Source of the DNA: Octopus vulgaris | Lineage: Eukaryota | Reading direction: 5' to 3' | DNA: 64,000 bases | Assembly (NCBI GenBank): GCA_951406725.2 | Contig: OX597824.1 | Location: 22,444,001-22,508,000 of the forward strand | Part shown: piece by piece, positions 1 through 11,689 of the stretch | Numbering within the stretch: position 1 is the stretch's first letter | Layout of the letters: every line of letters starts with the position of its first letter | The notes under the pieces: generated by a model | Database searches by the model: none | The model's input: the letters and a program-made list of their open reading frames with translations, nothing else | Told to the model about the DNA's origin: nothing | Made by a program: the position numbers and the translations under genes

Positions 1-94
1 TTATAAACACATTTTCTACCAGTATACGAAGTTTAAAAGTATTTAGTTACGTGGAAATTATTTTTAAAAAATGCCGTTTAAACCGAAAAGATCC
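1..94 (+). mobile_element. Right end of non-autonomous DNA transposon (GGATCT-TIR MITE family)
   Basis: Matches the 3' part of the complete copy at 60896-61312 and ends in GCCGTTTAAACCGAAAAGATCC. Confidence 0.75.
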
Positions 95-389
95 GTTTAC
101 TTTGAAATCGTATATATATTTATTTCATCTGCTACCGCAACATTTTCTGATACACCTTTTTCCACTACAAGCCTCTTGCAAGAAGCAAATTAATTTTATA
201 AGCGAGCTTGCTAATGCTTATGTAACGAATATGTGATATCTCCGCTTGCACTTTTGGGGTGCAAGTTGGTGCAATCACTTTCCGTTGCTTTTATATCCAG
301 ACTCTACCAGTCAAAGAAACACAAAACGCAGACGTAAAAAAAATAGACATACTTTATTGTTTTATACCGGTGAGAAATCAGTGGTATAT

Positions 390-720
390 CTGATGTCCAA
401 AATGGCGTCCTGAGGAAGAAGATGATTTGACTGCAACAATTCAGGTTAAAAGTCTTCGGCCAAAGGACTGCTGCTATCAAAACCGGAGAGAGAGCGAATT
501 AAACGTCTGCTTTGGTGAAATGCCTGCCGCTGTCTGTCGGACGCTAATGGTCAACCTTTACGCTCCCTTGCCTCTTTGTTAAGGCTCACACTCCCTTGCC
601 TAAGGCCACGTCAGCAAGGCTGTCAGCTAAGGCCACGTCAGCAAAATTCCCTCTTTCGGACTTCGTGTATTCGCGAGAGGGCGTTGCGCGCGCGCGCGCT
701 GTTGTATAGGATCACTTCAC
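390..720. promoter_or_regulatory. CpG-rich promoter-like region
   Basis: YY1-like CAAAATGGCG (398-407); duplicated CTAAGGCCACGTCAGCAA containing a CRE-like ACGTCA (600-617, 627-644); TCGCGAGA (671-678); (GC)7 run (686-699); non-repetitive and CpG-rich in a CpG-poor window. Confidence 0.4.
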
Positions 721-1284
721 TACACTTATATTAAGAGGTAGGGAAATGTTTATAATCAGAGGAAACGAAAACCCAGAATCATAAATTTCTTTATGTTATG
801 TAATAATAAGGAAGCCACAAGTATGATGTATGTGCTTTGTAAGTTATATTCACAAAAGTAATAAACGACTTATCTCCATGGTAACGATTTGGTGTTTTTC
901 TTTTTTTTTTTTTTTTTTTTTTTCATACAACTTGAAGATGCAAGTGCCACCAGTTGAAAGTTCCACCTACTGGATGCTAGCAACTTCATGGGGTCATCAA
1001 GTAAAGAATATGCGTTGTTTCGGGGCCGACCTCCCGACGGCATCATTGCGCACCGGCCCCAATCGCTGAAATGCGGCCCCGCTTGTCAGATTGACTGCTT
1101 ATCGGGTTTCGTCCAATATTCTTCTAGCCATTGCTCATCGTCTCTTTTTCACCAAATCCAGTGGTTTGCCTTTTCCACTGTAAGTCCGGATATCATTCAT
1201 GGTGGTATTTGCTTTACGATGAGTTAGGTCTAACGATAACAACAGATACCTCACTCTGTGTCCAACGAAACCTCTACATTCAAT

Positions 1285-1630
1285 TTTTTTATTAGCCACA
1301 AGGGCCCAAACGTAGAGGGGGACAATACAGCCTGATTGGGGTCAGACACACAATGATTATATGACTTTTAAAATTTCACAAAATATAATGAGAACGAATG
1401 AGATACAACGAGGACGAAATACAAACATGAAATGAAGCAGAGAGATGGCTTACGCTCCGACCCCACGAGCCCCGTTCTCCTACTGAAACTTTTGTATGCA
1501 GACTTATAACATGTTCACGGGGAATCTTTCATTCCCAGCACCCTCGCAACACGCAACCGAATCCTCTACATTCGACTTCGATTGGAAAATGCTCCGCTTT
1601 CCAGCCTGCGTCTTCACCTTCCTCGAAGGG
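1285..1630 (-). mobile_element. 3' end remnant of a Tx1/L1-like LINE
   Basis: Minus strand encodes LRVARVLGMK, similar to KRVARLLRLK near 58670; shares GGGCTCGTGGGGTC and the GGCCCTTGTGGCTAATAAA tail with 58490-59322. Confidence 0.5.
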
Positions 1631-1912
1631 GAAAACAAAATAGGGAAGGTGAATTACGAAGATAACGAGTAATTTAAGAGGATTTTGTGGAAGATAATTA
1701 TTACCGAGTCCCGAAGGAATAAGTATTTAAAAGAATGAATAAATATTTCAAAGAATATGAACCCTCACATAAATAAAACGTAGCACAAATTCTCATTATT
1801 ATCTTCATGGGAATCACATTACCCCCAAAGGAAAACTAGTTGTTATTTCATCTCTCCCACTGAAAGGACTAACGGCTAAGTCAACCATGGCAGCATTTAG
1901 ATAAAATGTAAT

Positions 1913-2316
1913 CTATTTCTTTACTACCCACAAGGGGCTAAACACAGAGAGGACAGACAAACGGATTAAGTCGATTAAATCGACCCCAGTGCGTAAATGG
2001 TACTTATTTAATCGACCCCGAAAGGATGAAAGGCAAAGTCGACCTCGGCGGAATTTGAACTCAGAATGTGAAGACAGACGAAATACCTATTTCTTTACTA
2101 CCCACAAGGGGCTAAACATAGAGGGGACAAAGACAGACAAACGAATTAAGTCGATTACATCGACCCCAGTGCGTAACTGGTACTTAATTTATCGACCCCG
2201 AAAGGATGAAAGGCAAAGTCGACCTCGGCGGAATTTGAACTCAGAACGTAACGGCAGACGAAATACAGCTAAGCATTTCGCCCGGCGTGCTAACGTTTCT
2301 GCCAGCTCGCCGCCTT
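1913..2316 (-). mobile_element. tRNA-derived SINE family B (Meta-like central domain), tandem dimer
   Basis: Minus-strand head GGCGGCGAGCTGGCAGAAACGTTAGC with B-box GAGTTCAAATTCC; central GCCTTTCATCCTTTCGGGGTCGATAAA; two body units. Confidence 0.85.
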
Positions 2317-2562
2317 TAGATAAAATGTAATCGACTAGCCCTCACCCCTTATAAAACAAATCATATATTGTGCCAATAGGCGCAAGCGTGGCTGTATGGT
2401 AAGCAGTTTGATTCCAAACCACGTGGTTCTGGGTTCAGTCCTACTGCATGGCACCTTGGTGGACAGGTTATTTCTACTATAGCCTCAGGCTGACCAGAGC
2501 CTTGTGGGTGGATTTGGTACAGAAACCGAAAGAAGCCTGCCGTGTGTGTGTGTATGTATGTA

Positions 2563-3346
2563 TAGGGTTATCCCATAAATAAGGCGGTTTTTTTCCGATT
2601 GCATGAACTAAAAGTTAAAGGGGGACAGGATATACTACCTGCATCAACTTGCTATAAAAGCAGATAGTAATTTTACCTTCTACTTATTCTTAGTGCAAGT
2701 TTTGAAGAGTGCAGTTCGATTTTAACAGTTATTTTTTCAAAGCAATATTGGAAGTGACATAGGAGCATATTTGACATATTTTGATTTATTATGAGTTCAA
2801 TAAAGGCAACAATGCAACGGAAAGTGCAAAGAATATTAATGCAGTATATGGGGATCGGACAATAAGCGTAAACAAGTGTCAACGGTGGTGTCAGAAATTC
2901 CGAGCAGGAAATTACAGCCTAGAAGACAAGCCTTGTCCTGGAAGATCTGTAGAACTCGACGAGGACATCCTGCAAACCTGGTCGAACAAAATCCCATCGT
3001 AACTGTTGAAGAACTAGCAGAGAAGCTTGGATTTAGTTATTCAACCATTCATCGACATCTATGTGCTATCGGAAAAGTCAGCAAATTGGGTCAGTGGGTT
3101 CCTCACAAACTTTCCAAATCTAATCACGTACAGAGAGTGAATGTGTGCTCTTCTTTGCTGTCACGTCTCACGATTGAACCTTTTTGGGGGGCAGTGGACC
3201 GAATAGTGACAGGTGAGGTGAAATGGGTTATCTATAAAAATGTCAAGCACCAAAGACAGTGGGTAGGGAAAAGAGAAACACTGGCACCCAAGGCTAAAGA
3301 AGGTTTTCACCCACATAAGGTGTTGTTATCTGTTTGGTGGTATGTG

Positions 3347-3386
<40 letters not shown>

Positions 3387-4443
3387 AATTATTGTATACA
3401 GTGCTCAGGTGCACCACAACTTGTCAAAAAGTGTGTATAAAGCATATGCAGTAATGTACAAATGTCTGAGAAGTGAACAGTGTATGAGTCAGATACATGC
3501 TTGCGTGTGTATGGAGGGGAGAAAATCAGGAGTAGTGTTGGCGAATCTCAGGAAGCATGGAAGTTTTGAAGGATGCAGTGCTCCGACAACTAACAACTGA
3601 TGCCGGCAGTTTGTTCCATGCTTCAGCAACTCTTAGCATGAAAAAATGTTTCCGAAAGTCATGGGAGCTGTGCTGTTTCTGACTTTGTAAACATGTCCAT
3701 GGGTGTTAGACAGGTGGAGTTTGAAAAGGTGCTCAGAGTTATTGTTTGTAAGATGGTTAATAATTTTATGGGTGTCTGCCAAGTCAGCTGCCAGACGTCG
3801 GAGTTTCAATGTATCCATGCCCAGGGAAGTAAGGCGTTCAGAATATGGCAAATGCCTGATGGAGGGTATTCTTTTGGTTGCACGTCGCTGAACGGCTTCC
3901 AGACGATTAATATCCTGGGCAAGATAGGGGTTCTAGAAAGGCTTAGTCCACTTTGAACTTTTAAACCCAAACCAAATGATAAAGAAGGAGATCTACAGCA
4001 AGCAGCTTGAGTGGCTTAAGTCAGCGCTAGAAGAAAAACGACCATCTTTGGTTTCACGATGAACGGCGTTCTTCCATCAGGATAATGCTTGGCCACATAC
4101 AGTAATGATGACATTCCAAAGGCTGGAGCTGTTTGAATGGGAAACGATACCATATTTACCAGACATTGTCCCATCTGTTTATCATTTATTCCGCAGTCTT
4201 CAAAATCATTTGGACGGAAAAAATATGAATTTTGTAGACGAGGTCAAAACATTAACGGAGGAGTCTTTTTCGTTACGGACGAGTGCATTTCGGAAGAGGG
4301 GCCTTGCAAGTCTGCCGGATAGATGGAAGAGCATTGTAGAAAATGAAGGAGAGTATGTTTTAGATTAAAAAAGAACTTTGCTTATCTTAATTTCGAAAAA
4401 TATAAGTATAAAAAAAACCCACATTATTTATGGGATGACCCAA
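2563..4443 (+). mobile_element. Mariner DNA transposon with degenerate transposase
   Basis: TIRs TAGGGTTATCCCATAAATAA / TTATTTATGGGATGACCCAA, TA on the left; transposase motifs WVPHKL, RIVTGE.KW, VLLSVWW, HQDNA.PH, YHLFRSLQNHL, with frameshifts and stops (~2740-4368). Confidence 0.95.
3348..3935 (-). mobile_element. 5'-truncated CR1-type LINE 3' end inserted in the mariner
   Basis: Minus strand LEAVQRRATKRIP..PYSERLTSLGMDTLKLRR...WNKLPASVV, then 3'UTR and (ATT)n tail; same 3' end at 51505-51710. Confidence 0.9.
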
Positions 4444-4889
4444 TGTGTGTGTGTGTGTAATTCACCACCGCTTGACAACTGGTGTTTATGTCCCCGTAAC
4501 TTAGCGGTTCGACATAAAAAACACGAAAAACGATAGAATAAATACAGGGGTTAAAAAGATAAGCACCGGGGTCAAATCGTTCGACTAATATTCTTCAGGG
4601 CGGTGTCCCAGCATGGCAACAGTCTAATGACTGAAACAAGTAAATGATAAAAGATGTTCTAGAAGGAATTTTAGTTGAGAGAAAGTAGCTGCTATTTCTA
4701 GCAGGCACTGCGACTACGTAATCGCCTTCACTAAGATTGTCCTGTGTTATTTGTTACTGGAAGATACTGCGTGTATTTTATAATTGGAACTTATCCCAAC
4801 ATTGTAAACAGCAAGTCTGGGAAAGACTTCCACCGGTTCTCCCACCACCACCACCACCACCACTATTTTCTCCCAAATTTGTTTACTTA

Positions 4890-5212
4890 TAAAAATATTT
4901 TTTGGCAAACTCCCGCCTTTTTCGAATACGGAAGTTCTGAAAAATTACCAAAAATCGGCATTGTTAAACCCCCCTCCCCTTCCCCACCCCCAAATTCTTC
5001 AATTTTGACTTTTCCCTCCTAACACTAACACTAACCCTAACTCTAAAACCCTAAAACCCTAAAACCATAACTACAGAAATGTTTTGAAATTTTTGTCCAA
5101 ATTATAATGTCCATATTTTTCCGCATATTTAGAAAAAAAAATTCTTAAAAATAAAATTTTACAAAAATTTTTAGAAATTTTTTGGGGAATCATAATCTCT
5201 GTATTTTTCCGC
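4890..5212 (+). mobile_element. Non-autonomous repeat with internal telomere-like CCCTAA units
   Basis: TTTTCGRATACGGARGTTCYGRAAAATTRCCAAAA..CGGCATTGT plus CTAACCCTAA repeats; homologous copies at 56690-56825 and 63175-63530. Confidence 0.65.
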
Positions 5213-5776
5213 ATTGGAATGGCTGGATGTCGGAACGTCTGATCAGAATCGTTGCGGATTCCGATAATAATGCCTTTATTGACCTTGGTGTCAAACTGTC
5301 TCAGCTCTTGCCTCGTCCTTCAACAACATTAGCGATATAAAGTGAGTTGAGCCTCTTGAGAAAATGCTTGTTTTTCTTTCATAAATGCAAAAAAAAAAAA
5401 AAAGAAAAGAATTAAAATCTTACCTTGACCTGCTCTTTGGATAGAAAGTTTTCCAGGAACAAATCCATAGTTTCGTAAGTTGTGCAAAAGCTCTGGGTGC
5501 TAAGTTAGGATTTCTCGTCCTTCTACCGTTGGCCAGTAGCATATTGACGGTGGAGGAGGGATTCGTGGGTGTAGGTCCACCACAGGTGATGCTTAAATGG
5601 GAACAGCCTTTTCAGGTGTTTGCTGTATAAGCCTGTATAAACTGAAGGAGTTGGGGGTTGGTTGGGGTACGGTTGCCCCCAAGCGGCACATAATCCAGCT
5701 ACGTCACTGCGGTTACCCTTACAATTTAATTACCTCTTCCTCCCCTACCTCTCTCCCTCTTTTCTTCCTCTTTCCA

Positions 5777-5815
5777 CTCTCTCTCTCTCTCTCGTTCTGT
5801 CTCTCTCTCTCTCTC

Positions 5816-5862
<47 letters not shown>
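5777..5862. repeat. (CT)n microsatellite
   Basis: Direct reading. Confidence 0.95.
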
Positions 5863-5971
5863 ATGCCCTTTCTTTCTCACTTACATATGAGTACTTTTAC
5901 GATTTTATAAATTGTATTTGTTTAAAATTATATACAACGATTTATAGAATATTTTATATTTGATTACGGAG

Positions 5972-6184
5972 ATGGACTTGCATAGCAAGTGATTTGATCC
6001 GAGATCGTGTGCTGGAACGAAAACAATTGCAGCGTGGAAGGTGTTTGTAAGCCATTTAAGAAACACACAAAAGCCGCTCGATTCACTTCAACATTTAAGT
6101 TTAATTTGTCAAAATATTTTCGTCGCTATAAGACCACGACCTGTTCACTGACAAAAATCCGTGACCTTCCACGCTGCAATTGTT
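5972..6184. mobile_element. Interspersed repeat with partial inverted end (probably a Penelope-type terminus)
   Basis: Near-identical to 45778-45950; 6163-6184 is an inverted copy of the segment at ~6022-6043. Confidence 0.55.
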
Positions 6185-6420
6185 TATATTTGATATTTTA
6201 ATGCAATTCTTAGTTATTTTGAAAAGGTGCCAATCTAATGGATCAATGCTTGACATTAGCCAAAAGAATATGACAGAACGAATTAAATATATTAATATAT
6301 GTTACTAAATTAATTGAATTAACGTATTTATTAATGTATAAGATGCGCTTTCTTTTATTTTTAGATACATCAAAAAATTTGCCCTGCATCAAATATGGCC
6401 GTATTATTACAGATGGGAAG

Positions 6421-7055
6421 AAGGCGGTGAGCTGGCGGAATCGTTAGCACGCTCTTTTTACTCTCTCTTACTTGTTTCAGTCATTTGACTGCGACCATGC
6501 TGGAGCACCGCCTTTAGTCGAGCAAATCGACCCCAGGACTTACTCTTTGTAAGCCTAGTACTTATTCTATCGGCTCCTTTTGCCGAACCGCTAAGTTACT
6601 GGAACATAAACACACCAGCATCGGTTGCCAAGCGATGTTGTGGGGACAAACACAGACACACAAACACACACACATATATATGCATATACATATACATATA
6701 TACGACGGGCTTCTTTCAGTTTCCGTCTACCAAATCTACTCACAAGGCTTTGGTCGACCTGAGGCTATAGGTAGAAGACACTTGCCCAAGGTGCCACGCA
6801 GTGGGACTGAGCCTGAAATCATGTGGTTGGTAAGCAAGCTACTTACCACACAGCCACTCCTGCTGAGCAAAATGTTTAGCGACATTTCATCTGTCTCCAT
6901 GTTCTGAGTTCAAATTCTGCCAAGGACAACTTTGCCTTTCATCCTTTTGGGGTTGATAAATATGCACCAGTTGAACACTGGAGGTGGGGGTCGATGTAAT
7001 CTACTTATACCGTCCCCCGAAATTGCAGGCCTTGTGCCAAAACCTGAACCATTAT
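6421..7055 (+). mobile_element. SINE family B (alternative tail) with a family A SINE nested at 6455-6862 (minus)
   Basis: Head AAGGCGGTGAGCTGGCGGAATCGTTAGCACG resumes at ~6863 after a full antisense family A copy. Confidence 0.85.
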
Positions 7056-7249
7056 TACTGATGGGAAGCCCAGCCCTATTGACAAGGGATCTGGATGACC
7101 ATGAGTCCATTAGGTACAACAGTCTTTTCTATTATAGGCACAAGCAACTTTGAAGGGAAGGGAAGCCATTTACACAAAACATAGCAACCACAAACTGCGA
7201 GCCTTACATTCTGCATGGTAATTCTCTTGACCAAAATATGTAAACAAAC

Positions 7250-8240
7250 TGCACAGGAGTGGCTGTGTGGTAAGTAGCTTGCTAACCAACCACATGGTTC
7301 CGGGCTCAGTCCCACTGCATGGCATCTTGGGCAAGTGTCTTCTGCTATAGCCCTGGGCCGACCAATGCCTTGTGAGTGGATTTGGTAGACAGAAACTGAA
7401 AGAAGCCTGTCGTATATATATATATATATGTGTGTGTGTTTGTCCCCCTAGCATTGCTTGACAACCGATGCTGGTGTGTTTACGTCCCCGTCACTTAGTA
7501 GTTCGGCAAAAGAGACCGATAGAATAAGTACTGGGCTTACAAAGAATAAGTCCCAGGGTCGATTTGCTCGAATAAAGGCGGTGCTCCAGCATGGCCGCAG
7601 TCAAATGACTGAAACAAGTAAAAGAGAGTAAAAAGAGAGAGTAAGAGAGCTTATCTGAAAGGAGATGAAGTTGAAATACAGTAATCCCATAACAAAGTTT
7701 GTTTATGATAAATCTATGGTTTCATCAAATATCCGTCAAATGTAAAGAATGCAAATAATATATATATTTACATATATGAAAGAGGCGAGGACAGAAATCC
7801 AAATACTTCATTGTCTGTATATATATATATATATAGGCGCAGGAGTGGCTCTGTGGTAAGTAGCTTGCTAACCAACCACATGGTTCCAGGTTCAGTCCCA
7901 CTGCGTGGCATCTTGGGCAAGTGTCTTCTGCTATAGCCCCAGGCCGACCAATGCCTTGTGAGTGGATTTGGTAAACTGAAAGAAGCCCGTATATATATGT
8001 ATATATATATATATGCGTGTGTGTGTTTGTGTGCCTGTGTTTGTCCCCATAGCATTGCTTGACAACCGATGCTGGTGTGTTTATGTTCCCGTAACTTAGA
8101 AGTTCAGCGAAAGAGACTGATAGAATAAGTACTCGGCTTACAAAAGAATAAGTCCCGGGGTCGAGTTGCTTGATTAAAGGCGGTGCTCCAGCATGGCCGC
8201 AGTCAAATGACTGAAACAAGTAAAGGTGTAAAAAGAGAGT
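7250..8240 (+). mobile_element. Two full SINE family A copies (7250-7650, 7835-8240)
   Basis: A/B boxes, CTTGGGCAAGTG CORE-like motif, internal (TA)n(TG)n, and GACTGAAACAAGTAAA tail. Confidence 0.9.
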
Positions 8241-8357
8241 ATATATATATATATATATAAGTTCAGCAAAATTTAGATTCAAGTGAATTTGGTGCTTAAG
8301 CTAGATGCACCAGAATTTTGTATGGTGTTATCCATATAAATCCATGGGGTGATTATA

Positions 8358-8857
8358 ATCAAAATAAGCAACAAGAATATCTTCGGTAATTTGGTACGAT
8401 CGTTTCATGCTACATCATTTTATTAAACATTGCAAGCATTGCAACAGTTTTAAAATGTTGAGCAATCATCAGCCATTTATAGAGGTTTCCCATCAATACA
8501 TATACTTATTTTCATGTAAATTGATAACATTATAAAGAGGGTAGATATATAGACAGAGATGTTGATTTGAAGGTTAAGAACATTAAGGTATTAGAATTTA
8601 TCTTCTGACTGAAGAATATTCTTTATTCTTAATGTTCTTAACCTTCAAATCAACATCTCTGTCTATATATCTACCCCCTTTATAATGTTATCAATTAACA
8701 TGAAAATAAGTATATGTATTGATGGGAAACCACTACAAATGGCTGATGATTGCTCAACATTTTAAAACTGTTGTAATGCTTGCAATGTTTAATAAAATGA
8801 TGTAGCGTAAAACGATCGTATTAAATTACCGAAGATATTCTTGTTGCTTATTTTGAT
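8358..8857. repeat. ~230-bp-arm inverted repeat (Penelope-type inverted terminus)
   Basis: Arms 8358-8587 and 8628-8857 are reverse complements with few mismatches; abuts (TA)n. Confidence 0.9.
8392..8475 (-). ncRNA. Type I hammerhead ribozyme motif (extended stem II)
   Basis: Minus strand TGG-CTGATGA-TTGCT...AGCAT-GAAAC-GATC-GTA-CCA; the mirror copy at 8740-8823 has GAAA mutated to AAAA. Confidence 0.65.
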
Positions 8858-8858
8858 C

Positions 8859-9000
<142 letters not shown>

Positions 9001-9025
9001 ATATATATATTTGTGTATATATATA

Positions 9026-9089
<64 letters not shown>

Positions 9090-9564
9090 GCAAAAGAAGG
9101 AGTGGTGTTTCCACACAGGAAAAGAAATATATAGGAAAATGTGTTGCTGAAAATGCAATTATCACGTCAGCATCTTGTGTCTGTCTGAGACACAAGATGC
9201 TGACGTCATCCACCTCCAGTCCAATGAAATTCCACAAACACCAGTTGCTGACAGCACATAACTCCAAACCAATCGAAACCGAACTTCAACGAATACAACG
9301 AAAAGACCCTTTAAGAAAACCAACCAACCGGAACAACCTATAACCGTATCCTGCAAAGACACCAACCAAGCAGAATGACAAGCTTGACCATGGAAGAAAG
9401 ATCTCATCAATTTTTTAACAGATCAAAATCAGATCTGCTCACAGAAAAAAATTTATAAATACATCTTTCCCTAAAACATACCATTACAAGTTGGAGCAAC
9501 TGTTTAAAGATCTGAGAAACCGTAATCCCCCCCCCTTATTCCTTATTCTGCACCCCACAACATT

Positions 9565-10195
9565 GGTTAGTAGTTAGCAACTTTGGGATCAGATCTAAAT
9601 GGCTACCCAGAAGACAACCAGCATGGAGAAGAAGAAGGGTCTGGAAGCTTAAGGATCCCCTGAATGGACAGAGATTTAGAGATGAAGCTTTTGACAAAAA
9701 AGAGGAGGATATAGCTTTACATAATGTAGAGGACAACTGGAGGTTCCTTCAGAACAACCTGTTGAGGGCCACTGACTAGATCTGTGGGTGGTGCAATGTA
9801 CCCTCTTGACCTGGTGGTGGAACAATGTAGTTGTCAGGGCCATTAGAGAAAGGAAACAAGCATGGAAAGACTGGAAGTGTGGTGGTATCAGGGAACTCAG
9901 CTTGCCAGTCCTCAGTCAAACCATACAACCCATACCAGCATGGAAAGTGGACATTAGATGATGATGATGACGATGATGAGGATGTTTGTGATGATGATGA
10001 TGGTGATATTGATGTTTGTGGTGATGATGATGATGATGATGATGATGATTATGATGATGATGGTGATGATAATGATGGTGGTGAGGATGATGATAGTGGT
10101 ATTGATGATGATGATATTGATTATGATGATGGTATTGATGTCTGTGATGATGATGATGATGATGATGGCGACGATGATGATGATGATGATGATGA
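9565..10195 (+). mobile_element. Internally deleted, degenerate RTE LINE fragment with expanded (GAT)n tail
   Basis: Encodes WKLKDPLNGQRFRD..EDNWRFL..ICGWC..WWN, homologous to 26430-26700, joined to the RTE 3' end. Confidence 0.75.
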
Positions 10196-10812
10196 TTGTA
10201 AAGCCAGACAAAATGCCACTAAGCAATATGTCTGAATTGCCATTGATTCTACCAGCTCTCCTCCTTTTAATCTCACCATAATAGACATAATAATGCAATA
10301 CTATCGCTTTTACCCATAAGATCATAATTTTGCCAGCCATTCAAGAATTTGGACCTGGAAATCTCCATTTCCAGCGACTTTGAGGGCCACCTCCCAGTGG
10401 TGTCAGGCGTCAACGAAGAGCCCTCAACTACAACAAGACGACCAAAGTTTTTGTTTTTTTCCAAGGTCTGGGGTCTCCCACTTCTAAACCCTAGACCATC
10501 ACGTAATCACCCTTAACCATCTTGTTGCTTAACAAGAACAACAACAATTTTGCCAAAACTTACACTGCACACTGTACATTGTCTCACTCTCTAAGATATC
10601 AAATGTCTTTTTGAAGGATACCAAACTCATATTTGACTCATTTCCGTGCCCTAGAAATCTCTGATGTTGTTTTATATTTTAAGATTTATATGCTGACGTT
10701 TCATGGGAGTGGTAACCCATATTCAGATTACAATTTTAGTGGGTTTAATATTTCATTTTTTTTGACAAAATCTTACTTGCTTGAAAATCTAAGCTTCCCC
10801 TTTATTTTTCAG

Positions 10813-11241
10813 ATAAATAATGAACTGATTCAACAACAGAAAGTCCTGGAACACCAGAATCGTTCTGCCATTGTTGCTTTGGTGCACACCAGTAAAATTG
10901 CTAAGTTGACGATACCTTCAAAAGCAACAGTTTGTTGTGTGTATAGACAATCTAAAGAAGAAGGAAAGATTAATGGGAAAGAACACAAGGCTGAAAGTGA
11001 TTTCAAGCACAATCCAAAGCTTCTCGCTCGTCTCAAATGCTCGATTGAAGCTGTAAAAATTAACACTTCCTTCTCCAAGCCTAGATTCGAAACCGAATCC
11101 AAGAATTCTCGGTCGTCCAAACCACGACGATCAACAGGCACAAAAAAAGGTTTTCTTTGTCCTGTCAAAAATTGTTTGATCATCTCCCTTTTACCTGCGA
11201 CCTCAGCCATGTCAGGCAAAGTTCAAGTGGACAGGGGCTGA
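10813..11241 (+). CDS. Candidate terminal coding exon of an unknown host gene
   Basis: Polypyrimidine acceptor CCCCTTTATTTTTCAG| in phase 0 with a 142-codon open frame (INNELIQQQKVLEHQNRSAIVAL...VDRG*); non-repetitive; no family recognised. Confidence 0.35.
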   Translation: MNNELIQQQKVLEHQNRSAIVALVHTSKIAKLTIPSKATVCCVYRQSKEEGKINGKEHKAESDFKHNPKLLARLKCSIEAVKINTSFSKPRFETESKNSRSSKPRRSTGTKKGFLCPVKNCLIISLLPATSAMSGKVQVDRG

Positions 11242-11689
11242 CCCATTTAGGTACAAACTCTGCTGCAATATGTCTGTCTTTCTAGCTGCCACGATTTATT
11301 ATAAATACGGTGGTGAAACAAGAAAGGCAAGCAGACAAATGAGAAAGGTCTGCGATACGACCGAAGGTTTTGGCAGACCGCAGAGACCGAGAGAAATGTT
11401 TCAAAGTGCCACGATAGACTACTGTCTCAAATGAACTACGCACACATGCACGCACACACACACAAACATATTCATTCCTGATATGACTTCCACAAATGTA
11501 CTCAGTTTATATTTCTAGCAACTCGTAGCAGTTGCCAACATTTTGTATGTAGTGAAGAATTAAGTGTACTTATAACGAATCAAGTCCAGTAAATAAATTA
11601 TTTTTAATTATGGATCGGTTCACGCATTTTTTTTTTTACTTTTAAGACCTACACATTCCATTTGCATCTGTGTTCAATGATACACATTT

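Larger units (their letters stand above)
2378..4655 (+). mobile_element. tRNA/CORE-like SINE family A, split by a mariner insertion
   Basis: 5' half 2378-2545 (TGGCTGTATGGTAAG A-box, GGTTCAGTCC B-box) and 3' half 4444-4655 (...GACTGAAACAAGTAAA) flank the mariner. Confidence 0.8.

Noticed and set aside
830-1227. Short ORFs after the poly-T tract
   Set aside because: No recognisable motifs; cannot distinguish exon from retrocopy or noise
5215-5720. Possible minus-strand exon with AAG|GTAAGA donor at ~5424
   Set aside because: No sustained open frame or recognisable protein; acceptor unclear
6635-8282. Recurrent ORFs such as GTEPGTMWLVSKLLTTQP
   Set aside because: Antisense translations of SINE family A, not a gene family
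9831-10340. Poly-Asp, poly-Met and poly-Ile ORFs
   Set aside because: Degenerate (GAT)n tail of an RTE fragment
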